From Candidatus Omnitrophota bacterium (GTDB taxonomy: Bacteria; Omnitrophota; Omnitrophia; Omnitrophales; Aquincolibacteriaceae): DNA of 64,000 bases. A model generated the notes under the pieces. The model did no database searches. It was not told the origin of the DNA and saw nothing but the letters and a program-made list of their open reading frames with translations. The number at the start of each line of letters is the position of its first letter. Position 1 is the first letter of the stretch. Shown piece by piece: positions 21,857 to 32,271 of the stretch. The translations under genes were made by a program, and so were the position numbers. The stretch is from contig PLLJ01000052.1 in the NCBI GenBank assembly GCA_003140935.1, forward strand, positions 12,642 to 76,641, written 5' to 3'.

Positions 21857-22645
21857 ATGAGTCCATCTGAAAATCCAATACCCAAATCGCCGACTTCGCA
21901 TCTCCATATGATGAATCTTGTGGTCGCGCTTCTTGCCGGGATCATCTCGATCACCGGCGGGATCTATTCCTTAAAGAACAACTTATTTTCCGGGCCGGCC
22001 TATGGGAGTCTTCAGGGGACCGTCCGGGACGAACGGATCGCAAGGCCTTTAAAGCTCGCATCCGTCGAGATCTCAGATCTCGGCGGGGCTGTGGTCAATA
22101 CCGCAGCGACAGACGAAAGCGGGCATTATTTGATCGAAGCGCTCAAAACGGGAAATTATGTCGTAAAATTTACGGCCCCGCTTCACAAGATTGAGACTAA
22201 GACCATTAAGATCGAGAAAGATCTGGCATCCTCGATCAATGTGGATCTTTTCCCGGAAGCTCAACAGGCGAATCTATCTCCTATCGAGCCCGCGGCCGCA
22301 GTGCGGCAAAATATTCGGGCGCCCTACACGCCTCCCTCCGCTTACCCGGCAACGGCCTCCGTCGCGCCCGTCTACAATCCAACGCAGAACACAGTGCCGG
22401 TGGCGACGTCTCCCGCGACCTATGGTCAGATGGAGCCGGTCTCTGATCAGCCGTTCTTAAATCCAGGGTCCTCGGGTTTTCGCAGACATTCTCACCGCAG
22501 TTACTCGGGATATCCTGCCGCGACTTCATCCGGGACTTCTCAAAGCGCTTCACAGAGCGATGTTTTAACGCAGGCCGGGACGCAACTGCTCGGAGCTTTG
22601 CTTAGCAAAAAAACGGAAAATAATTCGTCAACGCCATCGAACTGA
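21857..22645 (+). CDS. Membrane-anchored carboxypeptidase-regulatory-like (CarbopepD_reg) domain protein with P/S/T-rich tail
   Basis: GSLQGTVRDERIARPLKLASVEISDLGGAVVNTAATDESGHYLIEALKTGNYVVKF beta-sandwich signature. Low-complexity C-terminus. Confidence 0.45.
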   Translation: MSPSENPIPKSPTSHLHMMNLVVALLAGIISITGGIYSLKNNLFSGPAYGSLQGTVRDERIARPLKLASVEISDLGGAVVNTAATDESGHYLIEALKTGNYVVKFTAPLHKIETKTIKIEKDLASSINVDLFPEAQQANLSPIEPAAAVRQNIRAPYTPPSAYPATASVAPVYNPTQNTVPVATSPATYGQMEPVSDQPFLNPGSSGFRRHSHRSYSGYPAATSSGTSQSASQSDVLTQAGTQLLGALLSKKTENNSSTPSN

Positions 22646-22680
22646 TCTGAAAAACAGGATCCCTCTTAGGAAGAAGAAAG

Positions 22681-24045
22681 ATGAAACAGCAGCAAAAAAT
22701 ACTGATGATCGTGCTGGCGGCCTTTCTTCTCGGCGGATGTCTTACGCTCCGTTTGCCGGGAATGCACATTCAGCATCGGCCTCAACCTGAAATAGTGACG
22801 TGGCCGCAGCTGGTGCGGAAAACCCTTCAATCCAACCCTGATCTTCAGAGCGCCCGGTACGTGGTGACCTCTACCGCGAGAAGCCGCGATATCGCTTTTG
22901 GGGATTACCTGCCTTCTTTTGAGGGAGATCTTCAGCGGAGTGTTTCCCGCAATGGCTTTTCCGGAGGCGGGAACAATGCTTCTTCGGGCTCGGGTGGAGG
23001 CGGGAGCGCGCTCAGGGATAATCTTTCTTTGGACCTTGTGGGAAGCCAGTCGTTGTTCAATGGATTCGGGACCACCGGAAATTTTATCAAGGCCCGGAAG
23101 GATCTGGATGCGGCGAGGTTCCAGTATGTGGTGACGAGCGCGAATGTTCGTAACGCTTTGAAGCTGGCGTATGTGGATGTTCTGAGATGGAACCGCCTTT
23201 GGAAGGTGAACCAGGGGATCCTAGTGCGGAGAAAACAGAATGCGGAAATGGTCCGGCTTCGTTATGAAGCAGGACGTGAAAACCTTGGTTCCGCGTTGCG
23301 GGCCGAGGCCCTTGCCGCCCAAGCCGCTTTTGATGTCCAGTCGGCGGAACGTTATATTAATAGTCAAACGCTTCGGCTCGCCCGTGAGACCGGCGGCGAA
23401 TTCGTGTTGCCGGTCACGATCAACGACTCGCTTGAGCAGGGGGTCCCGTTGGCGATCGTTATGGAGCCCGATTACGGGGAGATCGCGGACAATCTGCCGC
23501 AGGTGCAACGATTGGTCAAAGTGGCGGAATCCGCGAAAGCCAATATCGTGGCCGTGCAATCGGCGGTCTGGCCGCAAATAAACGGGACCATGGATTACGG
23601 GAAGTCGGGCGAGCGGGTCTCGAATTTGAAAAGCGAGCATTCCTGGGGTCTGAACGTGATCGTCCCGTTCTTCACCGGGGGAAAAAATGTGAATGCGATC
23701 CGTAAGGCCAAAGCCGACTATGACGCGGCGCGTGCGCTTGCCGTCAGCGCCCGGGATGAAGCCATCGCCCAGCTTGCGGACGCCTGGGTGAAATACGCGA
23801 ATGCGATCGATCATATTGTGGTCCTCAAGAAATTCCTTGAGGCTTCGCAAAAACGGGCGGAGATCGTCCGCTCGGAATATGCTTCCGGACTGATGACGTT
23901 CCAGGACTTCGATACGGCGGAACAGGAACTGAATAATTCGGAGAATGATTACGTGCAAGGGCTTGCCGATGTGCTGAATGCCCAGGCGAATTGGGAAGTA
24001 ATCCGGGGCAAAACTTTGGAGGATGATCTGAATGCAAATCACTAA
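22681..24045 (+). CDS. TolC-like outer-membrane efflux protein
   Basis: Lipoprotein-type signal (LLGGCLT). Two OEP repeats. Sits upstream of the adaptor and MacB genes. Confidence 0.8.
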   Translation: MKQQQKILMIVLAAFLLGGCLTLRLPGMHIQHRPQPEIVTWPQLVRKTLQSNPDLQSARYVVTSTARSRDIAFGDYLPSFEGDLQRSVSRNGFSGGGNNASSGSGGGGSALRDNLSLDLVGSQSLFNGFGTTGNFIKARKDLDAARFQYVVTSANVRNALKLAYVDVLRWNRLWKVNQGILVRRKQNAEMVRLRYEAGRENLGSALRAEALAAQAAFDVQSAERYINSQTLRLARETGGEFVLPVTINDSLEQGVPLAIVMEPDYGEIADNLPQVQRLVKVAESAKANIVAVQSAVWPQINGTMDYGKSGERVSNLKSEHSWGLNVIVPFFTGGKNVNAIRKAKADYDAARALAVSARDEAIAQLADAWVKYANAIDHIVVLKKFLEASQKRAEIVRSEYASGLMTFQDFDTAEQELNNSENDYVQGLADVLNAQANWEVIRGKTLEDDLNANH

Positions 24046-25039
24046 TTTATCAAAAGGGTGGAAGATCGGGTCGGTGCTGATCGTTCTGTTCATCATGATG
24101 AAACTGTTCTCGTCCTGTTCGCATGGAAATGAGCCATTGCAAGCGCTCCGTTCCGTCAAGGTCCAAACAGGCGATCTGGAGGTCAAGGTGACCGCGACCG
24201 GTAGCGTGAAGCCTTATAACCGCGTGGAGATCAAACCGCCGATCCCGGGCCGCGTGGAAGAGGTCTTGGTGGAGGAGGGGGAGCAAGTGAAAAAGGACCA
24301 AGTGCTTGCCCAGATGAGCTCCACGGACCGGGCGGCCTTGATGGACGCGGCGAGGGCCCAGGGGCCTGAAATCGTCAAGCGGTGGGAAGAGGCCTACAAA
24401 ATGGCGCCGCTCCTCGCGCCGCTAGACGGGACAATCATCGTCCAAAACGTCGAGCCGGGTCAGACCGTGACGACAGCGGACCCCGTGGTGGTGCTTTCCG
24501 ACCGGTTGATCGTGGAAGCACTGGTGGATGAGACCGACCTTGCTTCGATCCAACTCGGCCAGAAGACGGAGATCCAACTGGATGCTTATCCCAAAGAGAT
24601 CTTTGCAGGCAAGGTTTATCATATTAAATATGAGAGCACACTGGTGAATAACGTGAATGTTTATGCCGTGGATGTGCTTCCCGAAAAAGTTCCGCCGGCC
24701 TTTCGCAGCGGCATGACCGCTAATGTGACGTTCATTGTGAAAGAGAAAAAAGGGATTCTGTTGGTTCCCTCGGAAGCGGTGGCGGAATGGCCGCGGAAGG
24801 TGCCCAGGCCCAAGGATGCGGAATTCGCTGTTTATGAAAAAACATTCGGCGGGAAGCTCGTGCCGCTGCCGGTGCGTATCGGGGACTCCGACGGCAAGAT
24901 CACGGAGATCGTTCAGGGACTGCGCGAAGGTCAGGAGATCCAGATCGTACAAAAGAAAAAAACTTCGCAGGCCGTGAACCCCTTTGCCATGGGGGGGTCT
25001 CCTCAGAAAACGGGAAGTCAGGGACAAAAACGCGCATGA
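24032..25039 (+). CDS. macA: HlyD/MacA-family periplasmic adaptor (membrane fusion protein)
   Basis: N-terminal TM segment. Biotinyl-lipoyl hairpin (VKPYNRVEIKPPIPGRVEEVLVEEGEQVKKDQVLAQM). Beta-barrel C-terminus. Confidence 0.8.
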   Translation: MQITNLSKGWKIGSVLIVLFIMMKLFSSCSHGNEPLQALRSVKVQTGDLEVKVTATGSVKPYNRVEIKPPIPGRVEEVLVEEGEQVKKDQVLAQMSSTDRAALMDAARAQGPEIVKRWEEAYKMAPLLAPLDGTIIVQNVEPGQTVTTADPVVVLSDRLIVEALVDETDLASIQLGQKTEIQLDAYPKEIFAGKVYHIKYESTLVNNVNVYAVDVLPEKVPPAFRSGMTANVTFIVKEKKGILLVPSEAVAEWPRKVPRPKDAEFAVYEKTFGGKLVPLPVRIGDSDGKITEIVQGLREGQEIQIVQKKKTSQAVNPFAMGGSPQKTGSQGQKRA

Positions 25040-27003
25040 AATTACTAAAAGTTGAAAACATCGCAAAGACCTACCGCATCGGCGAGGTGGATATCCACGC
25101 GCTGCAGGGCGTTTCCGTGACCATCGAGGCCGGAGAATTTGTCGCGATCATGGGACCTTCCGGTTCCGGCAAATCCACGCTCATGCATCTCCTCGGCTTT
25201 CTCGATACGCCGGACAGTGGCAGGATCCACTTACTAGACAAGGACACCACGCACCTCAAGGAAGAGGAGTACGCCTATCTCCGCAACCGCGTCATCGGTT
25301 TTGTGTTTCAGCAGTTCAATCTTATGGCGCGTTCCACGGCTTTGGAAAATGTCTGTCTGCCGCTGACTTATTCGGGCACCTCGGCGCAGAATGCGTCCGG
25401 CGGGCAACAGATCCTGGATCAGGTCGGGCTCGGCAATCGAGTCGCCCACCGTCCGAATGAACTCTCCGGAGGACAGCAGCAACGGGTGGCCATCGCCCGC
25501 GCGCTGGTGAACCATCCGTTCATGATCCTGGCCGACGAACCTACGGGGAACCTCGATTCGAAATCCGGCCAAGAGATCATGGGGATCTTCAAGGCTCTGC
25601 ATGAAAAAGGAATGACCGTGGTGCTCGTGACGCACGATGAAAATGTCGGGAACGCGGCCGAACGGATCATCCGGATGCATGACGGGAAGATCGTCAGCGA
25701 TGAAAAACGGACCGATATCAAAAAAAAAGAGATCCGTTCGGAGGACCGGCCGAAGCTTCCGGATTTTTCAAAAGGGAAAAAATACAGCACCGGTGAATTT
25801 ACCGAACACTTCAAACAGGCCTGCCGCATGATCCTGAACAATAAATTGAGATCGTTCCTTTCGATGCTGGGCGTGCTGATCGGCGTGGCGTGCGTGATCA
25901 CGATGCTCGCCCTCGGGCGCGGGGCCAAGGAATCGATCACCGAACAATTATCGCGTCTGGGTTCGAACCTTCTTTCCATCCGTCCGGGTTCGGTAAAAGT
26001 CCACGGCGTCAGTACCGAGGCCGGCGCCGCGACGCGTCTGGATTTTGAAGACGTGAAGGCCGTCAAAGAAGCACCTTATGTCAAACGGGTCGCGCCCCAG
26101 GTGTCTGGACAAGGGCAACTGGTCTATGGCGATAAGAACTGGAGCACGCAGGTGATCGGCGCCACGCCCGAATATGCGAGCATGAAAAATCAAGAACCGG
26201 ATACGGGCCGTTTTTTTGCGGAAGAGGAGAACCAGAACCGGCACCGCGTCGTTCTCCTGGGCCGGACGGTTTGTGGAGCCCTTTTCGGTCAGGAGAATCC
26301 GATCGGCCAGTCGATCAAGATCAACCGCATCAATTTCCAGGTGATCGGTATCCTTCCTTCGCTCGGGTCCAACGCGTTTCGCGATCAGGACGATGTGGTG
26401 GTGATCCCTCTTATGACCGCCATGCGAAGGGTGATGGGGAAGAATTATCTGGACCAGATCGACGCGGAGATCACCCAACTCGACAAAATGTCTTTAGCCC
26501 AGCAGGAACTGCAGGATCTCATCATTCGCAGGCATCATCTGGCGCCGGATCGTTATGACAGTTTCAATATCCGGAATTTTGCGGATATCCAGGCGGCTCT
26601 TTCCAGTACGACACAAACCTTTTCCGTTCTTCTCGGTTGCGTGGCCGCAATCTCGCTTGTGGTGGGCGGAATCGGGATCATGAATATTATGTTGGTCTCC
26701 GTGAAAGAAAGAACGCGGGAGATCGGATTGCGCAAGGCCATTGGCGCGACCCCGCGCGATATTCTGATGCAATTTCTTGTGGAGGCGATCGTGATCACTT
26801 TCCTGGGCGGTCTTGTCGGGATTGTGCTAGCCTCTCTGATCTCCTGGATCATTGCGGCGATCGCTCATTGGAAAATGATCATTACGTTAGACTCGTTGAT
26901 TCTGGCCTTTTTCTGTTCGGCCTCGGTCGGGATCATTTTCGGCCTTTGGCCCGCCAAACAAGCCGCTGCGCTTGATCCGATCCGCGCTTTGCGGTATGAA
27001 TAG
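25036..27003 (+). CDS. macB: MacB-type ABC transporter (fused ATPase plus FtsX permease)
   Basis: Walker A GPSGSGKSTL, signature LSGGQQQRVAIARAL, and a C-terminal 4-TM FtsX domain. Confidence 0.9.
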   Translation: MKLLKVENIAKTYRIGEVDIHALQGVSVTIEAGEFVAIMGPSGSGKSTLMHLLGFLDTPDSGRIHLLDKDTTHLKEEEYAYLRNRVIGFVFQQFNLMARSTALENVCLPLTYSGTSAQNASGGQQILDQVGLGNRVAHRPNELSGGQQQRVAIARALVNHPFMILADEPTGNLDSKSGQEIMGIFKALHEKGMTVVLVTHDENVGNAAERIIRMHDGKIVSDEKRTDIKKKEIRSEDRPKLPDFSKGKKYSTGEFTEHFKQACRMILNNKLRSFLSMLGVLIGVACVITMLALGRGAKESITEQLSRLGSNLLSIRPGSVKVHGVSTEAGAATRLDFEDVKAVKEAPYVKRVAPQVSGQGQLVYGDKNWSTQVIGATPEYASMKNQEPDTGRFFAEEENQNRHRVVLLGRTVCGALFGQENPIGQSIKINRINFQVIGILPSLGSNAFRDQDDVVVIPLMTAMRRVMGKNYLDQIDAEITQLDKMSLAQQELQDLIIRRHHLAPDRYDSFNIRNFADIQAALSSTTQTFSVLLGCVAAISLVVGGIGIMNIMLVSVKERTREIGLRKAIGATPRDILMQFLVEAIVITFLGGLVGIVLASLISWIIAAIAHWKMIITLDSLILAFFCSASVGIIFGLWPAKQAAALDPIRALRYE

Positions 27004-27009
27004 AGACTC

Positions 27010-28347
27010 ATGGGATTCACACAAGAACCTTCTAATAACTCCTCGGGATTGAAAAATGTTTTTCGTGCCCTGCGGCACCGGAATTACCGTATCTTTTTTT
27101 TCGGGCAGGGGGTATCGCTTGTCGGGACCTGGATGCAGCAGGTCGCCGTGAGTTGGCTGGTCTATCGTATGACGAATTCTCCGTTCCTTCTTGGTTTTGT
27201 CGGGTTCGTGGGGATGGTCCCCACGTTCGTGTGCACGCCGCTGGCGGGGGTTTTTGCGGACCGGCACGATCGCAGAAGCATGCTGCTTGTGACGCAAGCC
27301 CTCTCCATGTTCCAGGCGGCGGTGCTGGCTTTTCTGGTGTTGTCGCACCAGATCCAAGTCTGGCACATTATCGTGCTGAGCGCTTTTATCGGAATCGTCA
27401 ACTCATTTGATATCCCGATCCGCCAGGCATTCACGGTGGAGATGATCGAGAAAAGGGAAGATCTCGGGAACGCCATCGCACTGAATTCCTCGGTGTTCAA
27501 CGCCGCAAGGCTTGTGGGCCCGTCGCTCGCGGGTCTTTTGATCGCATGGACGGGAGAGGGGATGTGTTTTCTGTTGAATGCGCTCAGTTATCTTGCGGTC
27601 CTGGGGTCGCTGTTCTTCATGCGGATGAAGCCTTCCGAGAAACTGCCGTCCACCCGCAACATTCTTTGGGAACTTAAAGACGGCTGGAATTATACCTTCC
27701 ATTTTCCTCCGATCCGGCTGATCCTGATGTTTTTGTCCCTGCTAAGTTTAATGGGAATCTCGTATCAGGTCCTGATGCCTGTTTTCGCGAAGGACATTTT
27801 CCGCGGAGGGCCGCACACGCTTGGGTTTTTGATAGCGATGTCCGGCGTCGGGGCTTTGACCGGAGCGCTTTATCTGGCCGCGCGTAAAAGCGTGATCGGG
27901 CTTGCGGGAATCGCGGCGCGGATGGCGGGGCTTTTTGGCGTTACCCTGATCGCTTTTTCTTTTTCGCGGAACCTGCCGTTTTCCATGCTGATCAGCCTGG
28001 GCTTGGGGTTCGGAATGATGGTCCATATGGCAGCCTGTAACACGATCCTACAGACCATCGTGGAGGAGGACAAGCGGGGCCGCGTGATGAGCTTTTATAC
28101 GATGGCGTTCATGGGCACCATGCCGTTCGGAAGTTTGTTGGCGGGAAGTTTGGCCAGTTGGATCGGGGCTCCGCTCACTCTGTTTTTTGGCGGGTGTTGC
28201 TGTATCACCGGAGCGATATTCTTTTTCCGAAAACTTCCTTTGATCCGGGAATGGGTTCATCCGATCTATGTTGCGAAGGGGATCATTCCAGAGGTGGCCA
28301 TGGGGATCCAGGCGGCCATGGGTCTCGAGGGCTTTGCGAGGGAATAA
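27010..28347 (+). CDS. MFS transporter
   Basis: 12 predicted TM segments. N-terminus YRIFFFGQGVSLVGTWMQQVAVSWLVY, typical of the EntS/DHA-type MFS. Confidence 0.8.
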   Translation: MGFTQEPSNNSSGLKNVFRALRHRNYRIFFFGQGVSLVGTWMQQVAVSWLVYRMTNSPFLLGFVGFVGMVPTFVCTPLAGVFADRHDRRSMLLVTQALSMFQAAVLAFLVLSHQIQVWHIIVLSAFIGIVNSFDIPIRQAFTVEMIEKREDLGNAIALNSSVFNAARLVGPSLAGLLIAWTGEGMCFLLNALSYLAVLGSLFFMRMKPSEKLPSTRNILWELKDGWNYTFHFPPIRLILMFLSLLSLMGISYQVLMPVFAKDIFRGGPHTLGFLIAMSGVGALTGALYLAARKSVIGLAGIAARMAGLFGVTLIAFSFSRNLPFSMLISLGLGFGMMVHMAACNTILQTIVEEDKRGRVMSFYTMAFMGTMPFGSLLAGSLASWIGAPLTLFFGGCCCITGAIFFFRKLPLIREWVHPIYVAKGIIPEVAMGIQAAMGLEGFARE

Positions 28348-28490
28348 AAATATTTTTTGTATTGAGAAAATAGACTAAGGACAGGATTCCAACGGCGCGT
28401 CCCTTTGATATTTTCCGTGAGAAATTCCGAGGTTTGCGTGCCAGTGAATTTATCCTAGGTTTTTTACAACCGCAAAAAAGGGATTCCGGG

Positions 28491-30767
28491 ATGGCACCTG
28501 GGTTGCGAAAGAAAAGAAAATCTGTACCCCGAAAGAAAAAAACTTCCGGCTCCTCCAAACCTTGGTGGTGCGTGGCACCGGATGCGATCGAAAGGATCCT
28601 CCGTTTTGAAGAAAGAGATCCCTTCAGGATCTTAGGTCCCCACCCTGCCGGGAACGGCCGGGGCGTGATCGTTCGTGCGTTCCTTCCGCGTGCCCGGGAA
28701 GCCTGGGTCCGTGTTCTGGGAGGGAACGAAGAACGCAGACCGATGGAGAAGATCCACCCCGGAGGTTTCTTTCAAGCTGTTTTCGAAAAAGCGCATGAAA
28801 TCTTTCCTTACAAGATCGGGACCTGCGATGAGACTGGATTTTTGAACGAAGTTTCAGATCCTTACGCTTTTTTCCCCGACCAACTCACGGATTACGATCT
28901 CTATCTGATCGGGGAGGGGACCCACCACCGGAGCTACGAGAAATTCGGGAGCCATCTTTCGACTTTGAAAGGTGTCCGAGGCGTTTTTTTTACGGTGTGG
29001 GCGCCCAACGCGAAAAGCATCAGCGTGGTCGGGAATTTCAATCACTGGGTCCCCGGAGCGCATCCGATGACCCGCCTTCCCACTTCGAATGTTTGGGGCC
29101 TTTTCATTCCGGGACTGGAGGAAGGGGAGATCTACAAGTACGCGATCCGTTCCTTTGCGGATGAACATGTCCGTCTCAAGACCGATCCTTACGCATTCGG
29201 TACGGAATTAAGGCCGGGAAGCGCCTCCGTCGTGACCCGTCTGGATACTTTCTCGTGGTCGGACGAAGCATGGATCACCCGGCGAAAAAAGAAGGATCTT
29301 TTCCGCTCTCCGGTCTCGATCTATGAAGTGCATCTCGGCTCTTGGAAAAGGGAAGAGAAGAACGGCTGGGGTTTTTTGAATTACAGGGACCTGGCGCACC
29401 AGCTTGTGGAATACATTCAGTTCATGGGTTATACCCACATCGAACTTATGCCCGTGATGGAGCATCCTCTCGATGAATCGTGGGGGTATCAGGTCATTAG
29501 TTATTACGCCCCGTCGCGGCGCTTCGGTACCCCGGAGGATCTCATGTACTTGGTGGATTATTGCCATCGCCACGATATCGGTGTGATCCTGGACTGGGTG
29601 CCGGCCCATTTTCCGAGGGATGGTCACGGCCTTTTCGATTTTGACGGACGGCAGATCTACGCCTCCGAAAACTGGCAAAGGGCCGAGCAGCGCGAGTGGG
29701 GAACGCTTGCCTTTGATTTCGGGAAAAAAGAGGTCAGTAATTTTCTGATCTCCAATGCCCTCTTCTGGTTGGACCGATACCACGCGGACGGCCTGCGAGT
29801 GGACGCGGTGGCCTGTATGCTGTATCTGGATTATGCCCGCAAGCCGGGGGAATGGGAACCTAATCGTTATGGCGGGCACGAGAATCTTGAGGCGATCGAG
29901 TTTCTTAAAGAATTCAACAAAGTGGTTCATGCTTCCTTTCCGGGGATCCTGACGATCGCCGAAGAATCAACGGCCTGGGGAGGCGTTTCGAGGCCCGTGC
30001 ATCTTGGGGGGCTCGGGTTCAGCATGAAGTGGAACATGGGTTGGATGCATGACACGCTAAAGTATTTTTCTAAAGACCCTCTGTTCCGGAAATTCCATCA
30101 AGGGGTCTTTCCGTTCTCAGGTCACTACGCGTTCTCGGAAAACTTTATCCTTCCCATCTCGCACGACGAGACCGTTTACGGGAAACGTTCGCTCCTTGAA
30201 AAAATGGCCGGTGACGACTGGCAAAAGTTCGCTAATCTCAGGCTTTTTTTCACCTACCTCTTTGCATTTCCCGGGAAGAAACTTCTTTTTATGGGGAACG
30301 ATTTCGCCCAACGCAATGAATGGGATTTCAACCGTTCGCTGGATTGGCACTTGATGGAGGCGCCCCGGCACCGGCGGGTGAACCGGTTGCTCCGCGACCT
30401 GCACCGTCTTTACCGGGAGAACCCGGCTTTCCATGAAGGGGATTGTTCGGGCGAGTCTTTTGAATGGATCGATTGTTCGGACGGGGACCGTTCGGTCGTA
30501 AGTTTTTTGCGCTGGTCGCGCGATTACTCCCAAGTCCTTGTTTTTGTTTTCAATATGACTCCTATGATCCTCGAACGTTACCGTGTGGGAGTCCCCCGGG
30601 CGGGTTATTTCCAGGAAGTCTTTAACAGCCAGGCTCATGAGTATGGCGGCTGCGGGTTGGGGAATCTTGGCGGCCTTCAAGCCGAGGGCGTGCCGTGGCA
30701 AAACCGTCCCTTCTCTTTGAATCTCCAGATCCCTCCTTTGGGAGCTCTCATTTTCCGCCAGTCTTAA
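28491..30767 (+). CDS. glgB: 1,4-alpha-glucan branching enzyme (GH13)
   Basis: CBM48 plus alpha-amylase catalytic core (DGLRVDAVA, EWGY, YHADG...). The ORF tool starts at 28434. A perfect 24-bp palindromic terminator lies at 30857-30880. Confidence 0.9.
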   Translation: MAPGLRKKRKSVPRKKKTSGSSKPWWCVAPDAIERILRFEERDPFRILGPHPAGNGRGVIVRAFLPRAREAWVRVLGGNEERRPMEKIHPGGFFQAVFEKAHEIFPYKIGTCDETGFLNEVSDPYAFFPDQLTDYDLYLIGEGTHHRSYEKFGSHLSTLKGVRGVFFTVWAPNAKSISVVGNFNHWVPGAHPMTRLPTSNVWGLFIPGLEEGEIYKYAIRSFADEHVRLKTDPYAFGTELRPGSASVVTRLDTFSWSDEAWITRRKKKDLFRSPVSIYEVHLGSWKREEKNGWGFLNYRDLAHQLVEYIQFMGYTHIELMPVMEHPLDESWGYQVISYYAPSRRFGTPEDLMYLVDYCHRHDIGVILDWVPAHFPRDGHGLFDFDGRQIYASENWQRAEQREWGTLAFDFGKKEVSNFLISNALFWLDRYHADGLRVDAVACMLYLDYARKPGEWEPNRYGGHENLEAIEFLKEFNKVVHASFPGILTIAEESTAWGGVSRPVHLGGLGFSMKWNMGWMHDTLKYFSKDPLFRKFHQGVFPFSGHYAFSENFILPISHDETVYGKRSLLEKMAGDDWQKFANLRLFFTYLFAFPGKKLLFMGNDFAQRNEWDFNRSLDWHLMEAPRHRRVNRLLRDLHRLYRENPAFHEGDCSGESFEWIDCSDGDRSVVSFLRWSRDYSQVLVFVFNMTPMILERYRVGVPRAGYFQEVFNSQAHEYGGCGLGNLGGLQAEGVPWQNRPFSLNLQIPPLGALIFRQS

Positions 30768-30856
30768 ATGCGCGCTTTGCAGGGGCCTCCCTAAAATTCC
30801 CGCCCGCGGGAAAATTGAGCTGGGGCGGGTTTGACGGGCTCAAGTCGATCTCCTTC

Positions 30857-30880
30857 AAAAAGTCCGCTAGCGGACTTTTT
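30857..30880. terminator. Bidirectional intrinsic terminator (perfect palindrome AAAAAGTCCGCTAGCGGACTTTTT)
   Basis: The 24-nt self-complementary sequence is flanked by an A-run and a T-run, just downstream of glgB. Confidence 0.6.
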
Positions 30881-31003
30881 GACTCCCCAAAGTAGGTGAA
30901 AGCACTACTTCCTTGCAAAAGAATTGTCTGACTGAGCACATCAAGGTTATAATGAACTCGTGTTTGCTTTCCGAGGCATGAGACGAGGAGCGGGAGTCAA
31001 AGC

Positions 31004-31288
31004 ATGAAGAAATTTTTTTTTATGATCATGGGGCTAATTGTTGTTTGCGTTGGGTCCCCACGAAACGGATTTTCTAAGGATGAACGTACCGGGCTTTACG
31101 CGGGTCCTTTATCGGTTGTGGCAGAGACGCTGGTTGAAAAAGCGGGATCTGTTTCTGAAGATACCGCTGTGCTGCTGAGCGGTGCCAAACAACGGTATCG
31201 TGGAGAAACGCGCACCGATAAAAGACAAGCGAACGAAAGTGAAGCGAAAAGTCCTCTCAGTTCTCCTTCCACACCTCCGAGCGATTAA
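31004..31288 (+). CDS. Small hypothetical secreted protein
   Basis: Signal peptide MKKFFFMIMGLIVVCVGS. 94 aa. Confidence 0.35.
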   Translation: MKKFFFMIMGLIVVCVGSPRNGFSKDERTGLYAGPLSVVAETLVEKAGSVSEDTAVLLSGAKQRYRGETRTDKRQANESEAKSPLSSPSTPPSD

Positions 31289-31515
31289 TTCCTTTCATCC
31301 GACTGTGTTGCGCCACCATTTTGAGACCCGCATCTCTCCTGCAAGGGGAACGACTTTTTCCGTGGGCGAACTGTAGAGTGCGGCAAGTTTTGGATATAGT
31401 GAAAGCGGTTGACGAGCCTTAAGCTGACAATATTAGGCATAATAAGCTTTGACAATAGAGCGAACATAGGGCACAGTGGCTATGTAGTAAGCAAAGAGGT
31501 AGAACATGATGTGTA

Positions 31516-31554
31516 CCGCAAGGTCGTGTGTTTGCCTTGCGGTTTTTTGTTTTT
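31516..31554 (+). terminator. Intrinsic terminator inside the csp leader region
   Basis: CCGCAAGG-(11-nt loop)-CCTTGCGG followed by TTTTTTGTTTTT. Confidence 0.6.
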
Positions 31555-31689
31555 ACCCTGTTTTCAACTCCCCGGGAGGGGATAGCGAAGCGGGCTCGTT
31601 CCAACTGCACCAGGTTGATGTTTTTACCGTAGTGAAGGTTGAACTTGTCATGCGTTACTATAATTTGAGGGAAAGGAGAAATATCAATC

Positions 31690-31890
31690 ATGGTACAAGG
31701 TAAAGTGAAGTGGTTCAATAACGAAAAAGGTTATGGATTCATCTCCCGTGAGGGTGGCGCTGATGTCTTCGTGCATCACACCGCCATTCAGGGCGAAGGA
31801 TACAAGTCTTTGGAAGAAGGCGCGTCGGTCGAATTTGAAGTGACCCAGGGCCCCAAGGGCGACCAAGCCTCCAACGTTGCAAAGATCTAA
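31690..31890 (+). CDS. Cold-shock protein (CspA family)
   Basis: [18 protein letters not shown]...DVFVHHTAI with RNP1/RNP2 motifs. 66 aa. SD GGAGAA. Confidence 0.9.
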   Translation: MVQGKVKWFNNEKGYGFISREGGADVFVHHTAIQGEGYKSLEEGASVEFEVTQGPKGDQASNVAKI

Positions 31891-31913
31891 GACGCAACCG
31901 AAGTTCTAAAAAG

Positions 31914-31943
31914 GCCCGGTGACGAAAGTTGCCGGGCTTTTTT
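31914..31943 (+). terminator. Intrinsic terminator of csp
   Basis: GCCCGG-(12-nt loop)-CCGGGC followed by TTTTTT. Confidence 0.65.
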
Positions 31944-32124
31944 CCATCCAAGCGACAAAACGGACAGGTCTGTCTTTAGGGAGTATAATCGATCCTCGCC
32001 AACCTGAAGTGCCACAGCCGATAGGGTAAAGACCACTCTGTGAGAACAAAGGACTTTCGGTTTCATGATCCGAAGTCATCCGAAGCTATGATGCCATGAA
32101 CGAAATTATAAGGAGCATGATGCT

Positions 32125-32271
32125 ATGATCGACCCAAGACTTATCAAAATTCGCAAAGCATACAACATGGCTTGCGACAAATTCATGGTCGGGAAACTCG
32201 AGAGGAAAGATTGGATCAGGATTCAGGCAGAACTCACTAAGTCCGGAAACAAGATCAGAGGATTGCATTGA
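32125..32271 (+). CDS. Small hypothetical protein (48 aa)
   Basis: Strong SD AGGAG located 9 nt upstream of the ATG. Basic small protein MIDPRLIKIRKAYNMACDKF... Not in the supplied ORF track (shorter than 60 aa). Confidence 0.3.
   Translation: MIDPRLIKIRKAYNMACDKFMVGKLERKDWIRIQAELTKSGNKIRGLH

Noticed and set aside
23221-24186. 321-aa ORF on the - strand
   Set aside because: It lies entirely antisense to the well-supported TolC-like gene. It is a composition-driven shadow ORF with no recognisable motifs.
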